64,000 nt of DNA from Paraspadella gotoi (lineage: Eukaryota; Animalia; Chaetognatha). Both the position numbers and the translations under genes were made by a program. Within the stretch, counting starts at the first letter, position 1. Every line of letters begins with the position of its first letter. The notes under the pieces are model-generated. The model had not been told where the DNA came from. It made no database searches and worked only from the letters and a program-made list of their open reading frames with translations. Shown piece by piece: positions 1-13,413 of this stretch. Where the stretch lies: positions 5,531,455 through 5,595,454 of the forward strand of contig CM119267.1 in NCBI GenBank assembly GCA_051294375.1. The letters run 5' to 3'.

Positions 1-835
1 TTTCTCTCTCAAACTTGTTTTCTCCTATTATTTATCAACTCAGTCTCTCCTCTCCTCTCTATTCCTTCTCTCTCTCTCTCTATCTCTCTCTCTCTCTCTT
101 CTGCTTCATACTCTTCTCTCTCTCTACTCTCTACTCTCTAAAAAGACAAACATTATTTTTTCCACATTATTTTTCGAAAAGGTTTTTTTTATTTGATTCT
201 AATAAAGGCTTTCCGCTAATGTTAAACGTCACGATTGCTCGAGATATCTTTAGTCAAAACGTTAATGAAAAAAACATTCGTCATAGATTTTGCCGACTTT
301 TTACTTTTTTTAAAAATTTCGTTTTTAAAAAGTCTGATTTCTGCAGCATCAGGTCTTTTCGATTTGTTTTTCTTTTTTCAAATTAGTTTTTTTTTCTTTT
401 TTTTTTTGCTCTCTTTTTAATGAGGTCCTCAATCTGGTTGAATGGCCTCTAATCTAAAATAACCAACTCTTTCCCGATTCCTTCCTCATTGATTTCTTTT
501 TTTTTGATTCCCTAATTTTTTGTATTTTAATTTCTAGTTAATCTTAATCTTAACTTTACCAATATTTAGAATATAAACAGAGACTGTAAACGCTTTATCT
601 CTCTCGTACACCAATTTATTAATCTATAAACCCTATATCGAGACAAAACTTAACCTCCTGCTTTGTCTGAACGATTTGAGATACAATAATAAAATTAGTG
701 GCAAACGTTTTTTCTGACTATTCACTTTCATATGCAATGAAGCGAAATAAATTTTTAAATTTAAGCAACTACAGGGCGTCGGGGATGTTTTCAAAACATT
801 TAGTCGTATTTATATATATTTTTCTTTCCTTTACT

Positions 836-925
836 TTCCTTTCCTTTCCTTTCCTTTCCTTTCCTTTCCTTTCCTTTCCTTTCCTTTCCTTTCCTTTCCT
901 TTCCCTTTCCTTTCCTTTCCTTTCC
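836..925. repeat. (TTTCC)n pentanucleotide microsatellite
   Basis: Run of ttcctttcct units read directly; it produces the spurious FLSFP and KGKER ORFs. Confidence 0.95.
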
Positions 926-1289
926 TCTGCTCTTCTCTCTTTCATTTTTTTTCTTTGTAATTTTATTTCCTTTCCTTTCCTTTTTTTCCTTTCCTTTCCA
1001 GTTTCCATTCCTCTCTTTCATTTTCATTCTTTGTATTTTTCTTTCCTTTCCTTTCCTTTCCTTGTATTATTCTTTTCATTTTGTTTCTTTGTATCTCCCA
1101 TTTAGCTCCTAAATATTTTCTTCTTTTAATTCTTGGAATTCTTTCCACCCCATATTTCTTATTTTAGACTTTCCCTTTTAATTTCTTTTGCTTCCTTAAT
1201 TTCTTCATCCCTCTCTTCTTTTTTTTCCTTTCTCCTTAATTTCCTTTGCCTTTCTACCCCTATTCCCTCAGAGTCGCGTATCTGTCACC

Positions 1290-1325
<36 letters not shown>

Positions 1326-1921
1326 TGACGACGTTATTAATAATTTTCCTCCTCAGTTTTTCTCATTTCCCCTAAAAATCACGTGAACTCGCGAAAAGCC
1401 TTTCCATCTCTCTCTCTCTCTCTCTCTACTCTCTTCTTCCTCTCTCTCTTTCCTCTCGCTCGTCTCTTTCTCTCTCTCTCTCTCTCTCCTCTCTCTCTTC
1501 TCTCTCTCTTCTCCCTCTCTTTTTTCATTCCAAATTTCACACACTTAATTTCCTCTCCTTTATTTTTCTTCAAGACGCCATCTTGAAAATTTCTTCCACG
1601 TTGACGCTTCCTCTCTTCGGTGCTTTCTTTCTTCTTGGTTCGTCTCTTCTTTTTTTTCCTCCTTCTAACAGTTCTTTTCTTCAGACCAAGTTTTTATTAT
1701 TCTCTCTTCGTTCTCTTCTCTCTTCTTCTCTCTCCACTCTCTCTCTCATCCTCTCTCCTCATCTCTCTCTCAGCTCCACATACTTGTTCTCATTGTTATG
1801 CCTCTTAATAGGCTTAACTTTCAAACTGAATTTTTTTTTCGCTGATTCAAGTTTCTGCATCTTATTCAACTTTTTTTCTTGTGCCAAACGGTTTCAATGT
1901 CCTTTCTGCCTTCTCACTCTT

Positions 1922-1954
<33 letters not shown>

Positions 1955-3610
1955 TCTCTTCTCTCTCTCTCTCTCTCTACTCTCTTCTCTCTCCCTACTA
2001 ACTTCTCCATCCACAATCTCTCTCTATTCCAACTCCCAACAATTTTTTACTCTCTTCAAATAAAAGTCAGTATTAAGAGTTTGTCTCTTCTCACCAATTT
2101 ATGAGAGGATTTTTGACGCAATATCCCGAATAGGAAAAGATGGTGGCGTCGGAATCGAATGAAGGGGGGCTGGGCATGGAGGGGGAGGCGCTGGAGGGAC
2201 ACTCGATTTCCATTCAGATTTTTTAATACCAGAACTTTTTTTTTCTTTTTTTTTCTGCTCTTAAGGGGACCAGTGAACGAGGGGGGTGAAAAAGCTGAAA
2301 ACATAACGGTTTGACCCTTAAATTTAAGCTGGTTCTGATCATATAAATTTTTCACTATAATCATTTTGGAAAGTAGTTAAAAAATTCGATAAAATCAGCG
2401 AGCTTAATTTCTTAAAAAATTGGTAAGAAGAAAATTCTTTTTCAAGTTTAAAATTTTTTTTCACAAAGAAGGGTAAGATCTAATTTTATAAAAAGATTTT
2501 CAGCTTTTATCACAAAAATTTATAAGAAAAAAAAAATAGGAATGAATCAAAATTTAAAGTAGTATCGACTGATTTTATTTTAAAACTTTCTTTTCAAATG
2601 ATTCTGTTAATTGGATGAAAATAAAACTCTTTGAAAATAATATAAATATAAAAAGAAGAGAAAGGTCTTCGGTACTTTTGCTAAATTTTATATTGTTATA
2701 ATTAGGAATCAATATAGTTTTAACTATAATCATGTTAAAGGATGAATATGAATATTAATTAATAATTATTACAAGTTTTGTTTCTGTAAGAAATGAATTT
2801 AGGATTGATTTGTCTGTTTTTAAGTAAATAATAAAAAAAAAAAATATTAGTCTTGTAAAGCCTTTGTTATTGAGGCTAAACTAAATATAGCTATTGTACA
2901 GTAAAAAAACCTAAAATATTGAGAAAGTGTTTAGTAAAATACTTCTAATGCAAAAATAAAATAATGGATTATATAAATATTTTAGGTAGGGTCAAACTAA
3001 TTTTTTTTTCATAATTTATTAAATTTTTGTTTCTGCGTATAAAAGAGATAGGAATTTTTGCCACTTTCCTGTGCAAAGAAAAATTAAATGACGACAATCA
3101 CCATTCAAATTCTTTGATGATTTAGACCTTAAGCTATGATAATCATTTTTATCACTGGGTCCCCTTAAAACGTTTTTTTTAGTACTTCAAAAAAAAAGGC
3201 TTTTGTCTGTCAGCGGAGGAAAAAATGGGGGAAGGTTGAGAGAAAAAAGAGAGGAGAAGAAAGGAAAAGGGAGGAAAGGAGAAAAGAAAGGAGAATAAGG
3301 GAAAGGGAGAAACGGAAAGGTTGAGAGAGATGGACTTAAGAAAGAAAGAGGAGAGACAATGAACTCTTTGATAACAAGTACGATGAATTTAGCGTTCAAT
3401 ATAAGTCGCGTAGTTGTTAATACATGACGAGAATAAACTAGAATGTGCAAATGACAAACATAAACGCAAAGGAAAAATAATTTCAAAAGTGGAAAATAAA
3501 TATATTCAAGCAGATGATAGGCAAAAAAAAAAAGTAGGAAAAAGAAGAAAGGAAAGAAAAACAAAGCAAGTGAAGCAAAAGAAAACAGAAAGAAAAAAAA
3601 CGAAAACAGA

Positions 3611-3681
3611 AAGTCGGAAAGAGTCTGAAGTCGGAAAGAGTCTGAAGTCGGAAAGAGTCTGAAGTCGGAAAGAGTCTGAAG
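3611..3681 (+). repeat. 17-bp tandem repeat, 4 perfect copies (AAGTCGGAAAGAGTCTG)
   Basis: Units start at 3611, 3628, 3645 and 3662. Confidence 0.95.
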
Positions 3682-4502
3682 ATGGCGCGAGAACTCAAGA
3701 TGGTAAAAAAGAAGGAGATAAGAAACGGAATTAGCGCGAGAGATCGAGCTATAAAAGGATACGAGGAGATAAAGGTTAAAGACGCGGAAGAATGGAAGGT
3801 AAAAGAAAAAAAATGGCGTGATCCCAGTTTGCGTTTAATGAAGCAGCGGCGGAAGGAGAAAAGTAAAAAAAAAAAAAGAAAGTTGGTCGATGCCAAGTAT
3901 AGAAAAAAAAAGGTAAGTGCATTGATAAGGTGATGGGAAAAAAAGGAGATGGAGGAAAGGAAAGGAAAAAAAAGGAAGAAAAAACGAAACGAATGAGGCG
4001 GAAAGAAAAAGTGGAAACAGAATTAACAGAAGAGAGGGGAGAGGAAAGGGCGGGAAAAAAGAGGGAAATATTATTAATGTTAAGAGAAAAGGATGATGTT
4101 TATTAAATTAGAATTGATCAAAGGCAAAACTAGTAACGGTAAGCACCAGATCCATCGTGAAAATAAAGGAAAGAAGCCGCAAGAAAAATAAAAATAAAAG
4201 GGCAATAAAATTCCGAGGATTAAGAGAAGAGTGAATAAGAAAAGGAGGAAAGAAAAGGGAGTTTGAAAACTGTATAAAAGGAGAGGCAGACGAGAGATTC
4301 AAAACCCGGAAGAAAACGACGAAGTAAAAACTGAGTTATTTTTTTGACCTTCTAACGCGAGAATAGAAAATGGGGAAGGGGGAAAAAAAAAAGAAGGGGG
4401 TAACATGGGGAAGAAAGTACTAAAAGAAAAGTTTAAAAAAATGAAGAAAAATAAAAAAGGAATGTCTTGAAATAACTAGAACTAGGGGGAAAAGAAGAAG
4501 AC

Positions 4503-4563
4503 TTAGTCACTCCTGTCTCTGTTCCTCTCTCTCCTCTTCTCTCTCTCTCTCTCTTCTCTCTCT

Positions 4564-4610
<47 letters not shown>

Positions 4611-4742
4611 GCTTTCTCTTTTCCTTCCAAGGTCAGTCGGATGACGAATAAGTAATATGCGAAAAACAGCGAGATAGAAAGAGGCAGTGACAGACTCAAG
4701 AGAGAGAGAGGAGAGAGAGAGAGAAGAGAGAGAGAGAGCGAC

Positions 4743-4791
<49 letters not shown>

Positions 4792-4840
4792 CTAAAGTCT
4801 AAAATGATGGTGGGTTGTTTACCTCTTTTTACTTTTCCCA

Positions 4841-4879
<39 letters not shown>

Positions 4880-5155
4880 TTTTTTTCGAATCATTTCCCA
4901 AAATCTTTGGAAAATCGGGACGGAGGAGAATCGAGTTGTCGTTGTTGTCGTCGTCGTCGTTGTCGTTGTTCTTCTTCCCGCTGTTCCTTACGCGACAGTA
5001 ATTTTCGTCGTTGTTTTCGTCGTCGCCGTCAGAGTTTCGTCGTCGCCCTCGTCGTCGTCGTCGTCGTCTTCGTCTCCCTCTCCAGGGCGTAGTACACGGG
5101 CGGCAATTCGTTTCTCCCTCTTTGTTTCTTCCCGCGACGGGGGGTGGCGCTGCGA

Positions 5156-5198
<43 letters not shown>

Positions 5199-5745
5199 GG
5201 GACTCGAATGACGAGGCGTCGTGGCGAGATGGCGCTGAGGAAAGGCGCGGGGCGAGAGAGGGCGTCTCTCGTGAGAGATGGAGAGAGAGAGGCGGGAGAT
5301 AGAAAGAAGAGAAAAGGATTCTTGAGGAGGAAGGGAGGAAAGGAAAGGGGAAAAAAGGGAGGAAGAAGAAGAGAAAGAGGACGAAGGGGAGGACGACGTT
5401 GAGTTCCTTCGAGGAATGAAAAAGGAGAGACGAGAGGGAGGAAGAGAGGAGGCGAGGGAGGAAATAAAAAAGTCTCCGTTCGTCTCGGGGATTAGAACCG
5501 TCGCCGTCAAGAAGCCAAAGTCGCGGGAAAAGCGGCGCCCGGGAAAACCGATGCCGCGGCCGCTGCAGCTCTCGATGCGGCCGCGGCGACCGCTGCTGCT
5601 GTCGATACACCGGTCGATGCTGCGGCGTCGGCTGCGTCGACCGCGGCGGCGCTGTAGCGGCGAGTCGCGGTCGAGAGGGAATTCTCGATCCCTCGACGGG
5701 AATTTCGGGGATTCCATCTTCGAAACCGTTCGCTCGTCCGAATTC

Positions 5746-5777
<32 letters not shown>

Positions 5778-6371
5778 CGATGACGATGACTTCTCCCCAA
5801 CGGCGAGATCCAAAATTGGCGAATCATTGAGGGCGGCAGCGGCGTCACCGGCGGCCGGATTCGACGCCAAACATCGTTCGGTCATCCCGTCGTCGAGAAA
5901 GGATCCACGGATCGAAGAAGCGAAATCTTTCGACGCCGTCGTGGAGGCGACGCCGTTCGAACCCGCCCTAGCGAGGCCGGAATTCGAAGCGGCGCCCGCT
6001 GGCGACGCCGCGGAGATAAACCGCGAGATCCAACGATTTTGGCACGGAATTTGTTTTTCCGCTGGCGCCGACGATTCGGGCTGGAGCGGCGCCGGCGTCC
6101 CCGGCGTCCCCGGCGTCCCCGGCGTCCCCGCGGACTCCGGCTTCGGTTCCAACGATGGAGATGAAAGGGTCAAAGGTCGAGGAGGGGCTGTGGATGGAGT
6201 GGATGTAGTTTTGGGGGTGAAGGAGGAGGAGGAGGAGGAGGAGGAGGGGGAGGTCGGGTCGGCGACTGAAGGAGTGAATGCCACCGAAAGGTCGCGACGC
6301 TTGGCCGACGGATAAGTCGTTGTTGAGTAGACTCGGAACAGAAGAGGAGACTGATGCGTATGAAGTATCGT
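4503..6371 (-). CDS. Candidate large exon of an unidentified Ser/Pro/Thr-rich low-complexity protein; true 3' end uncertain
   Basis: A GC-rich frame stays open on the minus strand (the 593-aa ORF plus 29 upstream codons, TILHTHQSPLLFRVY...). It begins in phase 0 right after a CT-rich tract and CTAG acceptor ending at 6372. No recognisable domain. The last ~100 codons are microsatellite-derived. Confidence 0.4.
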
Positions 6372-6409
6372 CTAGAGGGGACGAGAGAGAGAGAAGAGAG
6401 AAGAGATAG

Positions 6410-6469
<60 letters not shown>

Positions 6470-7879
6470 TGAAACGTAATAGCTCTCTCTGGGGTGGTAT
6501 AATTCAATCAGCAAAAGCAACAGCGACGCCAATGACAATGACGACTTCGACGACGACGATCGACTTAACGACGACGAATACGACGGACGCAATGACGACG
6601 AAGATTGACGACGACGACAACACCAAGCGTCCAACGCCAATAAGAAAACCAAAATCTTGTGCTGTTATATTTTTGTTTCTTATCCGCTCCAAAAGATTCG
6701 CTTCTCCGCCGTCATGAGAGGCGGCGCTGCCTCTGAAAAGAAAAAAAAACAAAAGAAAAAAGAAATCTGTTAGGTTGGACATAAATAAACATAAATACTT
6801 CAACGAAAACGAAACAAAAACATCCCGTTTTTTTCTTTTCAAAACTTTATTCTTGAGAAGTTTTGTTGAATTTTTTTTCTTAAAAAAGCTCAACAAAAAA
6901 AGAATTCATTTTTTTTTCTTCTTTTTTTTTTCAAAACGTAAAAAAAAAACCAGCTTCAATATTTAATCACCTGATGTAATTAGGTCGTCATTCGATATCG
7001 TCTTTATGATCGAGTCTCCTCGGCCGTGGGCTCGCTTTTTGGAACAATATATTCTGCTCTCTCTCTCTCATCTCATCTCTCTCTCATCCCTCTCTCTCTC
7101 ATTCTCTCTCTTCTCTCCTCTCTCCTCTCTCTCTTCTCTTATCACACACACCCCTCCCCATCTTTTTTCAGTAATCCTCTCTTTCGCCTCAGCCACATCT
7201 CCCAAGGGATGCAGAGAAAGAATCTTTTGTGGATCGCAAGACGTTGACTGATATTCCTCTTTTTAATCTTATATTAGATCATCGGCTTCAGTTTGTGCAA
7301 GTTCGGTGGCAAACAAAAAGGTATTTGACATTTAGAGAGATTTACGAAAAATTAAAAAAAAATACATTTTTCATCTTTTCAAGTTCAGCGGCATCAGAAG
7401 CCAGGCAGTCGCTTACGTGTAACCTTAACGTCTCTTTCATGTCGACGTATATTTTAGGAAAATTGCTGAAGACAAGGGTTCATTAAGAACCAATGAGGCT
7501 ACAAACTTCTTTTTCCTTTTTCAAATATCCATTCTTTAATGGGTCGCTCGCTAAGTTTTCCCTCCTCGCCGTGATCGCCAGCCGAATTTTCCATATTTTT
7601 GTTTCCTATTTTTCCTCCACTTTCTCTTCTATCCTTATCTTACTTTCTTATTTCCTCCTCTCCTCCTCTCCTCCTCTCCTCCTCCCCATTTCATCACCCA
7701 AGTTTACGTTTTTCACCGAAAGGGGGACCACCCGCCCAAACGTCATCGTCGTCGTCGTCTCCGCCAGACGAGACGCGTTGACCATGAAAAGGCCCAGACA
7801 CGCCCAGGTCGCTTGCCCTTTCTCGCCGTCGCCAGGCCAACGGACTCTCAATTCGTCCCTTTCCTCCCTTACCACGCCG

Positions 7880-8090
7880 ACCCTTTAGCCCGCAACCTCT
7901 TTTAGCCGCCCAACCCCTTTTAGCCGCCAACCCCTTTAGCCCGCCAACCCCTTTAGCCCGCCAACCTCTTTAGCCCGTTACCCCTTTAGGCCGTCAACCC
8001 CTTTAGCCCGAACCAACCCCTTTAGCCCGCGCAAACCCTTTAGCCCGCAACCCCTTTTTGGCCGCGCAAACCCCTTTAGCCGCCAACCGC
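7880..8090 (+). repeat. Degenerate ~17-20-bp minisatellite (CCCCTTTAGCCCGCCAA-like), ~11 units
   Basis: Repeated ccctttagccc(g)c(c)aa motif with indels. Confidence 0.9.
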
Positions 8091-9400
8091 ATTTGCCCCG
8101 CGCTGCCTGAGGACTAATCATTTAGGACGTCGCGATGTTTAAATGGGAGCGATGAAGGACGAGCCTTTCAACGTGTACTCAGCTCTAGGCGACTCTTGGA
8201 CAACAACAAAAAAAATAACAACGACAACTACAACGACACACCGAACTGACAAAATCAACAATAGCTACGGACGATTGATTAACATCAAAAAACGACTACA
8301 TCACACGAACAACAATTAACAAAAATAAAACAAAACAAAGAAAAACTTAAAAAGGCTTAAAATTGTACAAGAAACCTCAATTAGAATATGCCATGCCATT
8401 GCCCATGCCCATTTGCATTGCCCAATGACCGACTTTCAATGCTTCAATGATCCATTATTATGCGTTTTATTTCGAATTCAACAAGCGTTGATTCAGTACA
8501 TTTACGGGAGCATCAAAAAAAGCTTAAGTCTAAAAAACAAAACAAAGTTAAAAGATTTGCGTTGAAAACCACCACCACAGACAACACAAGGTCCAAATTA
8601 TCAATTAACTATATTTCAATCATTAAAGAATGCGATTATTTTTTTGAGAACTAAATTTTTCGCAACTATAGATCTTTGAAATAAAGTTCTTTTTACGCTG
8701 GTAAAATCTGTAATCATATCACAGTAACCAAATAAAGTGCCGAAGCTTCTCTAATGCTTTCCCATCGAGTGAATCCGATATATTTTTCTCGATACCGATC
8801 ATTAGATAGCAACATATGTAATTCTGTTCATGTCTCTAGCCAAAAGAGTTTTTACCCTCACAAGCCAATATAGTATAGGGACTACAATTTGTATAAAACA
8901 GTTTAGAGAGGAAAAGGATTTTCCCGTTTTCGAGTGAAAAAACTCGTTTAATGTAACCATTGTCCATTGGTTTTTCCCCAAGTGCCAATGCACTAAAAGC
9001 CCGCACTCACAACCGCCGCAAAACCCACCTCGCCTCCACGCCCGTCAAAATTCCACCACGCAGCGGACCACAACCTCCGACCACCACCCCCGTATATTAA
9101 CCTCTACCGCGCTGCGGCCTCGTTTCGCGTCTGGTCCTTTTGTCTCGAAATGTTCCTCATTTCAACCTCAAGTTTACATTAAACGAGGTTTTTCTCCAAC
9201 TCGGAAAAACCGGGAAATTTCTCTCTAACTGAATCAGAATCCGGTTAACCGTTGTTAAACACCGCAAATTTCCCGATAAATGAACATAATGAACGATAAT
9301 TAAGCTCGGCTGGATACTCCGGCTCTTGCTCTGAAAATTTTAACGTAGAGTAATTCATGTTAAGTTGTTTTACTAATCTTCTCTCTTTGGACTGCTCTTG

Positions 9401-9425
9401 NNNNNNNNNNNNNNNNNNNNNNNNN
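9401..9425. other. 25-N assembly gap (the same length recurs at 17458-17482, 37341-37365 and 57086-57110)
   Basis: Exactly 25 N counted at each of the four sites. Confidence 0.98.
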
Positions 9426-9609
9426 TCTCTCTCTCTCTCTGTAAATCGAAACGGGCGAAATTGATTCCGCGACAGTTGACTCCTAAACTGCAAAACTTTT
9501 CAATGCAAAAATATGAAATGGAACTAAATTTCTATTCACGCGAACAATTTTTAAAACTTTTTTTTTCTTTTTGGGCAAAAAAAGGAGATTTGTTTCGCTT
9601 TGACAAAAA

Positions 9610-10274
9610 AAAGAGGATAAAAGTCGAGCGAGGAAAGGGAGGAAGAATGGAGGAAAAAGGAGAGAAGAAAAGGAGGAAAAAGGAAAAAGGAAAATGGGTT
9701 TGAGAAGTGAAAAGGGAGAAAAAGAAGAGAAAGGGAGGAAGAATGGAGGAAAAAGAAAAGAAAAAAGGAGGAAAAAAAAGAAGAGAAAGGGAGAAATGAA
9801 GAGGAAAAAGGAAGAGGAGTTTGAGAAAGGAAAGGGAGAAAAAGAAGAGAAAGGGAGGAATGAAGAGGAAAAAAGGAAAATGGGTTTGAGAAGTGAAAAG
9901 GGAGAAAAAGATGAGAAAGGGAGGAATGAAGAGGAAAAAGGAAGAGTAGTTCGAGAAAGGAAAGGGAGAAAAAGAAGAGAAAGGGAGGAAAGATGGAGAA
10001 AAAAGGAAAAGGGATTTGGGAAAGGAAAGGGAGAAAGAAGAAGAGCGAGAAAAGGATGGATGAAAAATGAAAATAAGGGAAAGAAAAAAAAAGGGGGGTA
10101 AAGGGAAAAAGTTGAGAAAGTTAATAAGGGATGACGTAGGAAAAAAAGGAACCCCTTGGAGAGAAGGACCACCCCTAGGGAGTGAAAGGGGAATTTGGTT
10201 CGGCCTGAGAGAGGGGGGGGGAAGAAGGGCAGAGAGATCAAACGTTGGGGGGAAAGACAGAAAGAAAAGGATGA

Positions 10275-10362
<88 letters not shown>

Positions 10363-10366
10363 AGGA

Positions 10367-10398
<32 letters not shown>

Positions 10399-10545
10399 AA
10401 AAAAAAGAGGGAAATAAAGAAAGAAAGGAAGAAAGAAAGAGAAAAAAAACATGGGAAAGAAAGAGATAAGAATGATGAAAAGAAAGAAAAAAGAAAGAAC
10501 GAAAAATCAAAAGACAGAAAAAAGAATGAAAGAAAGAAAGAAAGT
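9610..10545 (+). repeat. Polypurine-rich tract with degenerate internal direct repeats and (GAAA)n at ~10273-10397
   Basis: The + strand is strongly A/G-biased. The block aaaaggaaaatgggtttgagaagtgaaaagggagaaaaag occurs twice (~9685 and ~9872). Confidence 0.9.
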
Positions 10546-10865
10546 TAGCGAGCTGTTCACTGGGTAGGGGTGATAGAATGAATCCGTAGAAGGCGACCGG
10601 AAGGAGAAAGAAAATCGATAGAAAAACGAAACCAAATAAAAGATTAGGATGAAACATTAAAAGAATGTGAATCAATTAAAGAGACTAAGAAAAAAGATTG
10701 GTAATAATATCAAAACTTGAAAATAAAAACTGATTGTAAAAAAAATTTCGGCTTGAAATTTATCGATGTACAATGCGAAAAAAAAAAGAAAACAACAATG
10801 AGGGCGAACAAAAGAATGAGAAAGACCTCAACAGCGGCGGCGGCGGCGGCGGCGCTTGTCTGGAA

Positions 10866-12248
10866 GAAAAAAAAATCAAATTAAAACTTTGATGCGCGTG
10901 CTTGAAACTGAAAAATTAGATCTATTGTTCTGATCTAAAACAATGCTTTGATATTTAATATTAAAATATCTTTATCTGTGAAGCCATTATTACCTTAATT
11001 AAAAGTGGCATTCCGATTTTTTCGACCAAATAGTTTTGTTCTTCAAAACAATTCTTATCGATGGACATTCTTGAATATTTATAACCTAAAATTTAAAATA
11101 ATTATAAATAAAAAAAAAAACGCCGAGGGCCTATTTTTTTTTTTTTTCCATTTTTACGGAGATTAGATTTATTGAGATTCGGTAGATTTCACTGAGATTT
11201 ACCTGGTGAACGGATATGCTGTCTGACACTCTATTTTTCTGTCTTTTCTTTTTATTTTTTTTATTTTTTTTTTTTATTAAATTTTTCTTTTTTCTGAGTT
11301 CTCGACTTTTTCAAAATCAAAAATCTTGCAACACCCAGAACATAAAATAAATCCTTTTCTCTCGCTGTCCTCCGACGACAGCCCCTGTACCCAATGATCT
11401 GCGCGTACAACCATGGGGGCCTGATTGACCTTCTTCCCCTTTATGTTCACCAACGGATCTCTGACTTGAAAATCCGCCACTTTTTCCAAAGCGTCCCTTT
11501 TTTCTTTTGTTTTAATTCTTTTTGTAATTTTTTTTTCTTTTCTCGTGTGTGAAACCATATGCTTAACTCTATTCCATTAACATATTTCCTTAGCGCTCTA
11601 ATACTTAAAATAATCGTAACAATTATATTTCTATTAGATAAAATGCATTTATAAATTGATAAATAAATTGATTATCAACGGTTACATGATAATTTAAGGG
11701 GAAACCAGTGATACCCGAGGGTCGACGGACATGTGGCGGCCGTGGCGGTGCAGCTCGCGGAAAGTGATCGCGAAGGCCCTAATATATTCTTTGTTTATTT
11801 TTTTTATATTTATATTTTTTGGCGGCCTCAAGAAGATTGTCTTCTAACCGCAATCATGATTATGCAGAAAAAGAGCGCTAATTATTGGGGAAAACATGGC
11901 AGAAAAAAAAATCCTGCCCTTATTTCAGCCAAAGTATAAATCTTGTAGTACATCACCCCGCCTTCTACTATTAAAAGAGACGTTTATGGATGTATTATCA
12001 CATTCTGGCGATTGACTTTTTTCTTTTCCGTCTGTTCTTGACAATGAGGAATTATCCCCTGCCTTCCGTCATTACCGCCTCAGCGTGTCGTAACGTCACT
12101 CTTATCGCAAAAAAAAACCGTTTTACTGCCTAAGTCCAAGTTGATTTTCAGAACGAAACTAAATAACCTTTTTAACAAAAAATGAATATAAGTTTAAAAA
12201 ATCCTTTTAATTTTTTCCACCAAAAGGGATCTGCATCTCTCTCATCTT

Positions 12249-12283
<35 letters not shown>

Positions 12284-12289
12284 TCCTTT

Positions 12290-12329
<40 letters not shown>

Positions 12330-13336
12330 TCATCTCCTCTCTGCTCTTTCTCTCTCTCTCTCTCCACGATTTCCAACCGTTTTCGATTGAACCGATAAAA
12401 AGTTCGGGGATCATCCGAGGGCGAAACTTAATCCCGAGGCGTCGACCATTTTTTGAAGCCAGACGTGTCGGACTCTATTACCCGGCATTTTGTTTCGCCT
12501 TTCGGGGCTGGTTAGTTGACTTCTTGTCTTCTCGCCACGCCCGAGCGCGGAAGAGCGTAGATTGTGTGTTTGTGGCCCTGCCGGTCGTCGTCGTCGCCGT
12601 TTCGTCTGTTCGTCGTGGTATCGGTCGTCGACCGTCGTCGTTCTGTCATCGATGTTTCAATGGTCGTTCATCATCGTCACTCTGTCGTCTTTCGTCGTCG
12701 TTTTGTTCGTTGTCATATGTCTCCCTACGTCAGTTCGATTTTGTGATGTGGTGTTCATTTCCATTCTTAGAAAATCATCATGGTCATTCGAGTCATCGTC
12801 AATCGGGCTTTTTTTGAATTCCCTCCGTCTTTGTTGTCTTAGTTCGTCCACGTTCATCGTGTTCTACAAGCCCCAATTATGCTCATCCACTCCTCATCCC
12901 ACCCTGCCGTCTTCTGACACGCTTCAACATCATGTGTTTCGACTTCCCATATTATTAAAAGTTCTCTTTTTGAAGTTTAATTTTTTGAATATTATGTGAC
13001 CTTTTCTAAAAACAAATAAATCACAAAATCAATTCCAATCAATTCCAAATCATATGCGTACTTAATGTCACATTTCTCCTCTTTCCTCTTTCTAAAAAAA
13101 AAAAAAAAAAAAAACTTCATGTTCCATCGTCGACTTCCGGTCCGTGTTTCTGTTTTCTCTTTCTTCTTCATTTTATTTGCTTCAACCGAAAAAAACGAGA
13201 AACGAAAACGAGGAAAAAAGCAGATTAGCAGAGAGAGCAAAAGCAACTCCTTAAAAAAAAACACACAAAAAAAAAATCAGAAGAGAATCATCAGACCGGC
13301 TAAAATCGTCGAATAGTTCAGCGAAAGAAAATCTCT

Positions 13337-13413
<77 letters not shown>

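Noticed and set aside
3611-3681. CRISPR-like appearance of short direct repeats (also the 33-bp, 24-bp and 60-bp arrays)
   Set aside because: Units are head-to-tail with no unique spacers, there are no cas genes, and the context is eukaryotic.
3682-3933. 83-aa Lys-rich ORF ending near an AG|GTAAGT donor
   Set aside because: Its composition follows the surrounding A-rich purine tract, with no acceptor partner or recognisable homology.
5416-6315. 299-aa plus-strand ORF
   Set aside because: Probably the antisense shadow of the longer minus-strand frame, which has an in-phase acceptor; not fully excluded.
8990-9130. C/A-rich stretch (similar stretches at ~24590-24760)
   Set aside because: Aperiodic and low in complexity, typical of low-quality long-read segments, with no structure to support a call.
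9401-9425. Possible fourth fold-back at this 25-N gap
   Set aside because: I could not find a reverse-complement match of the sequence after 9426 on the left side.
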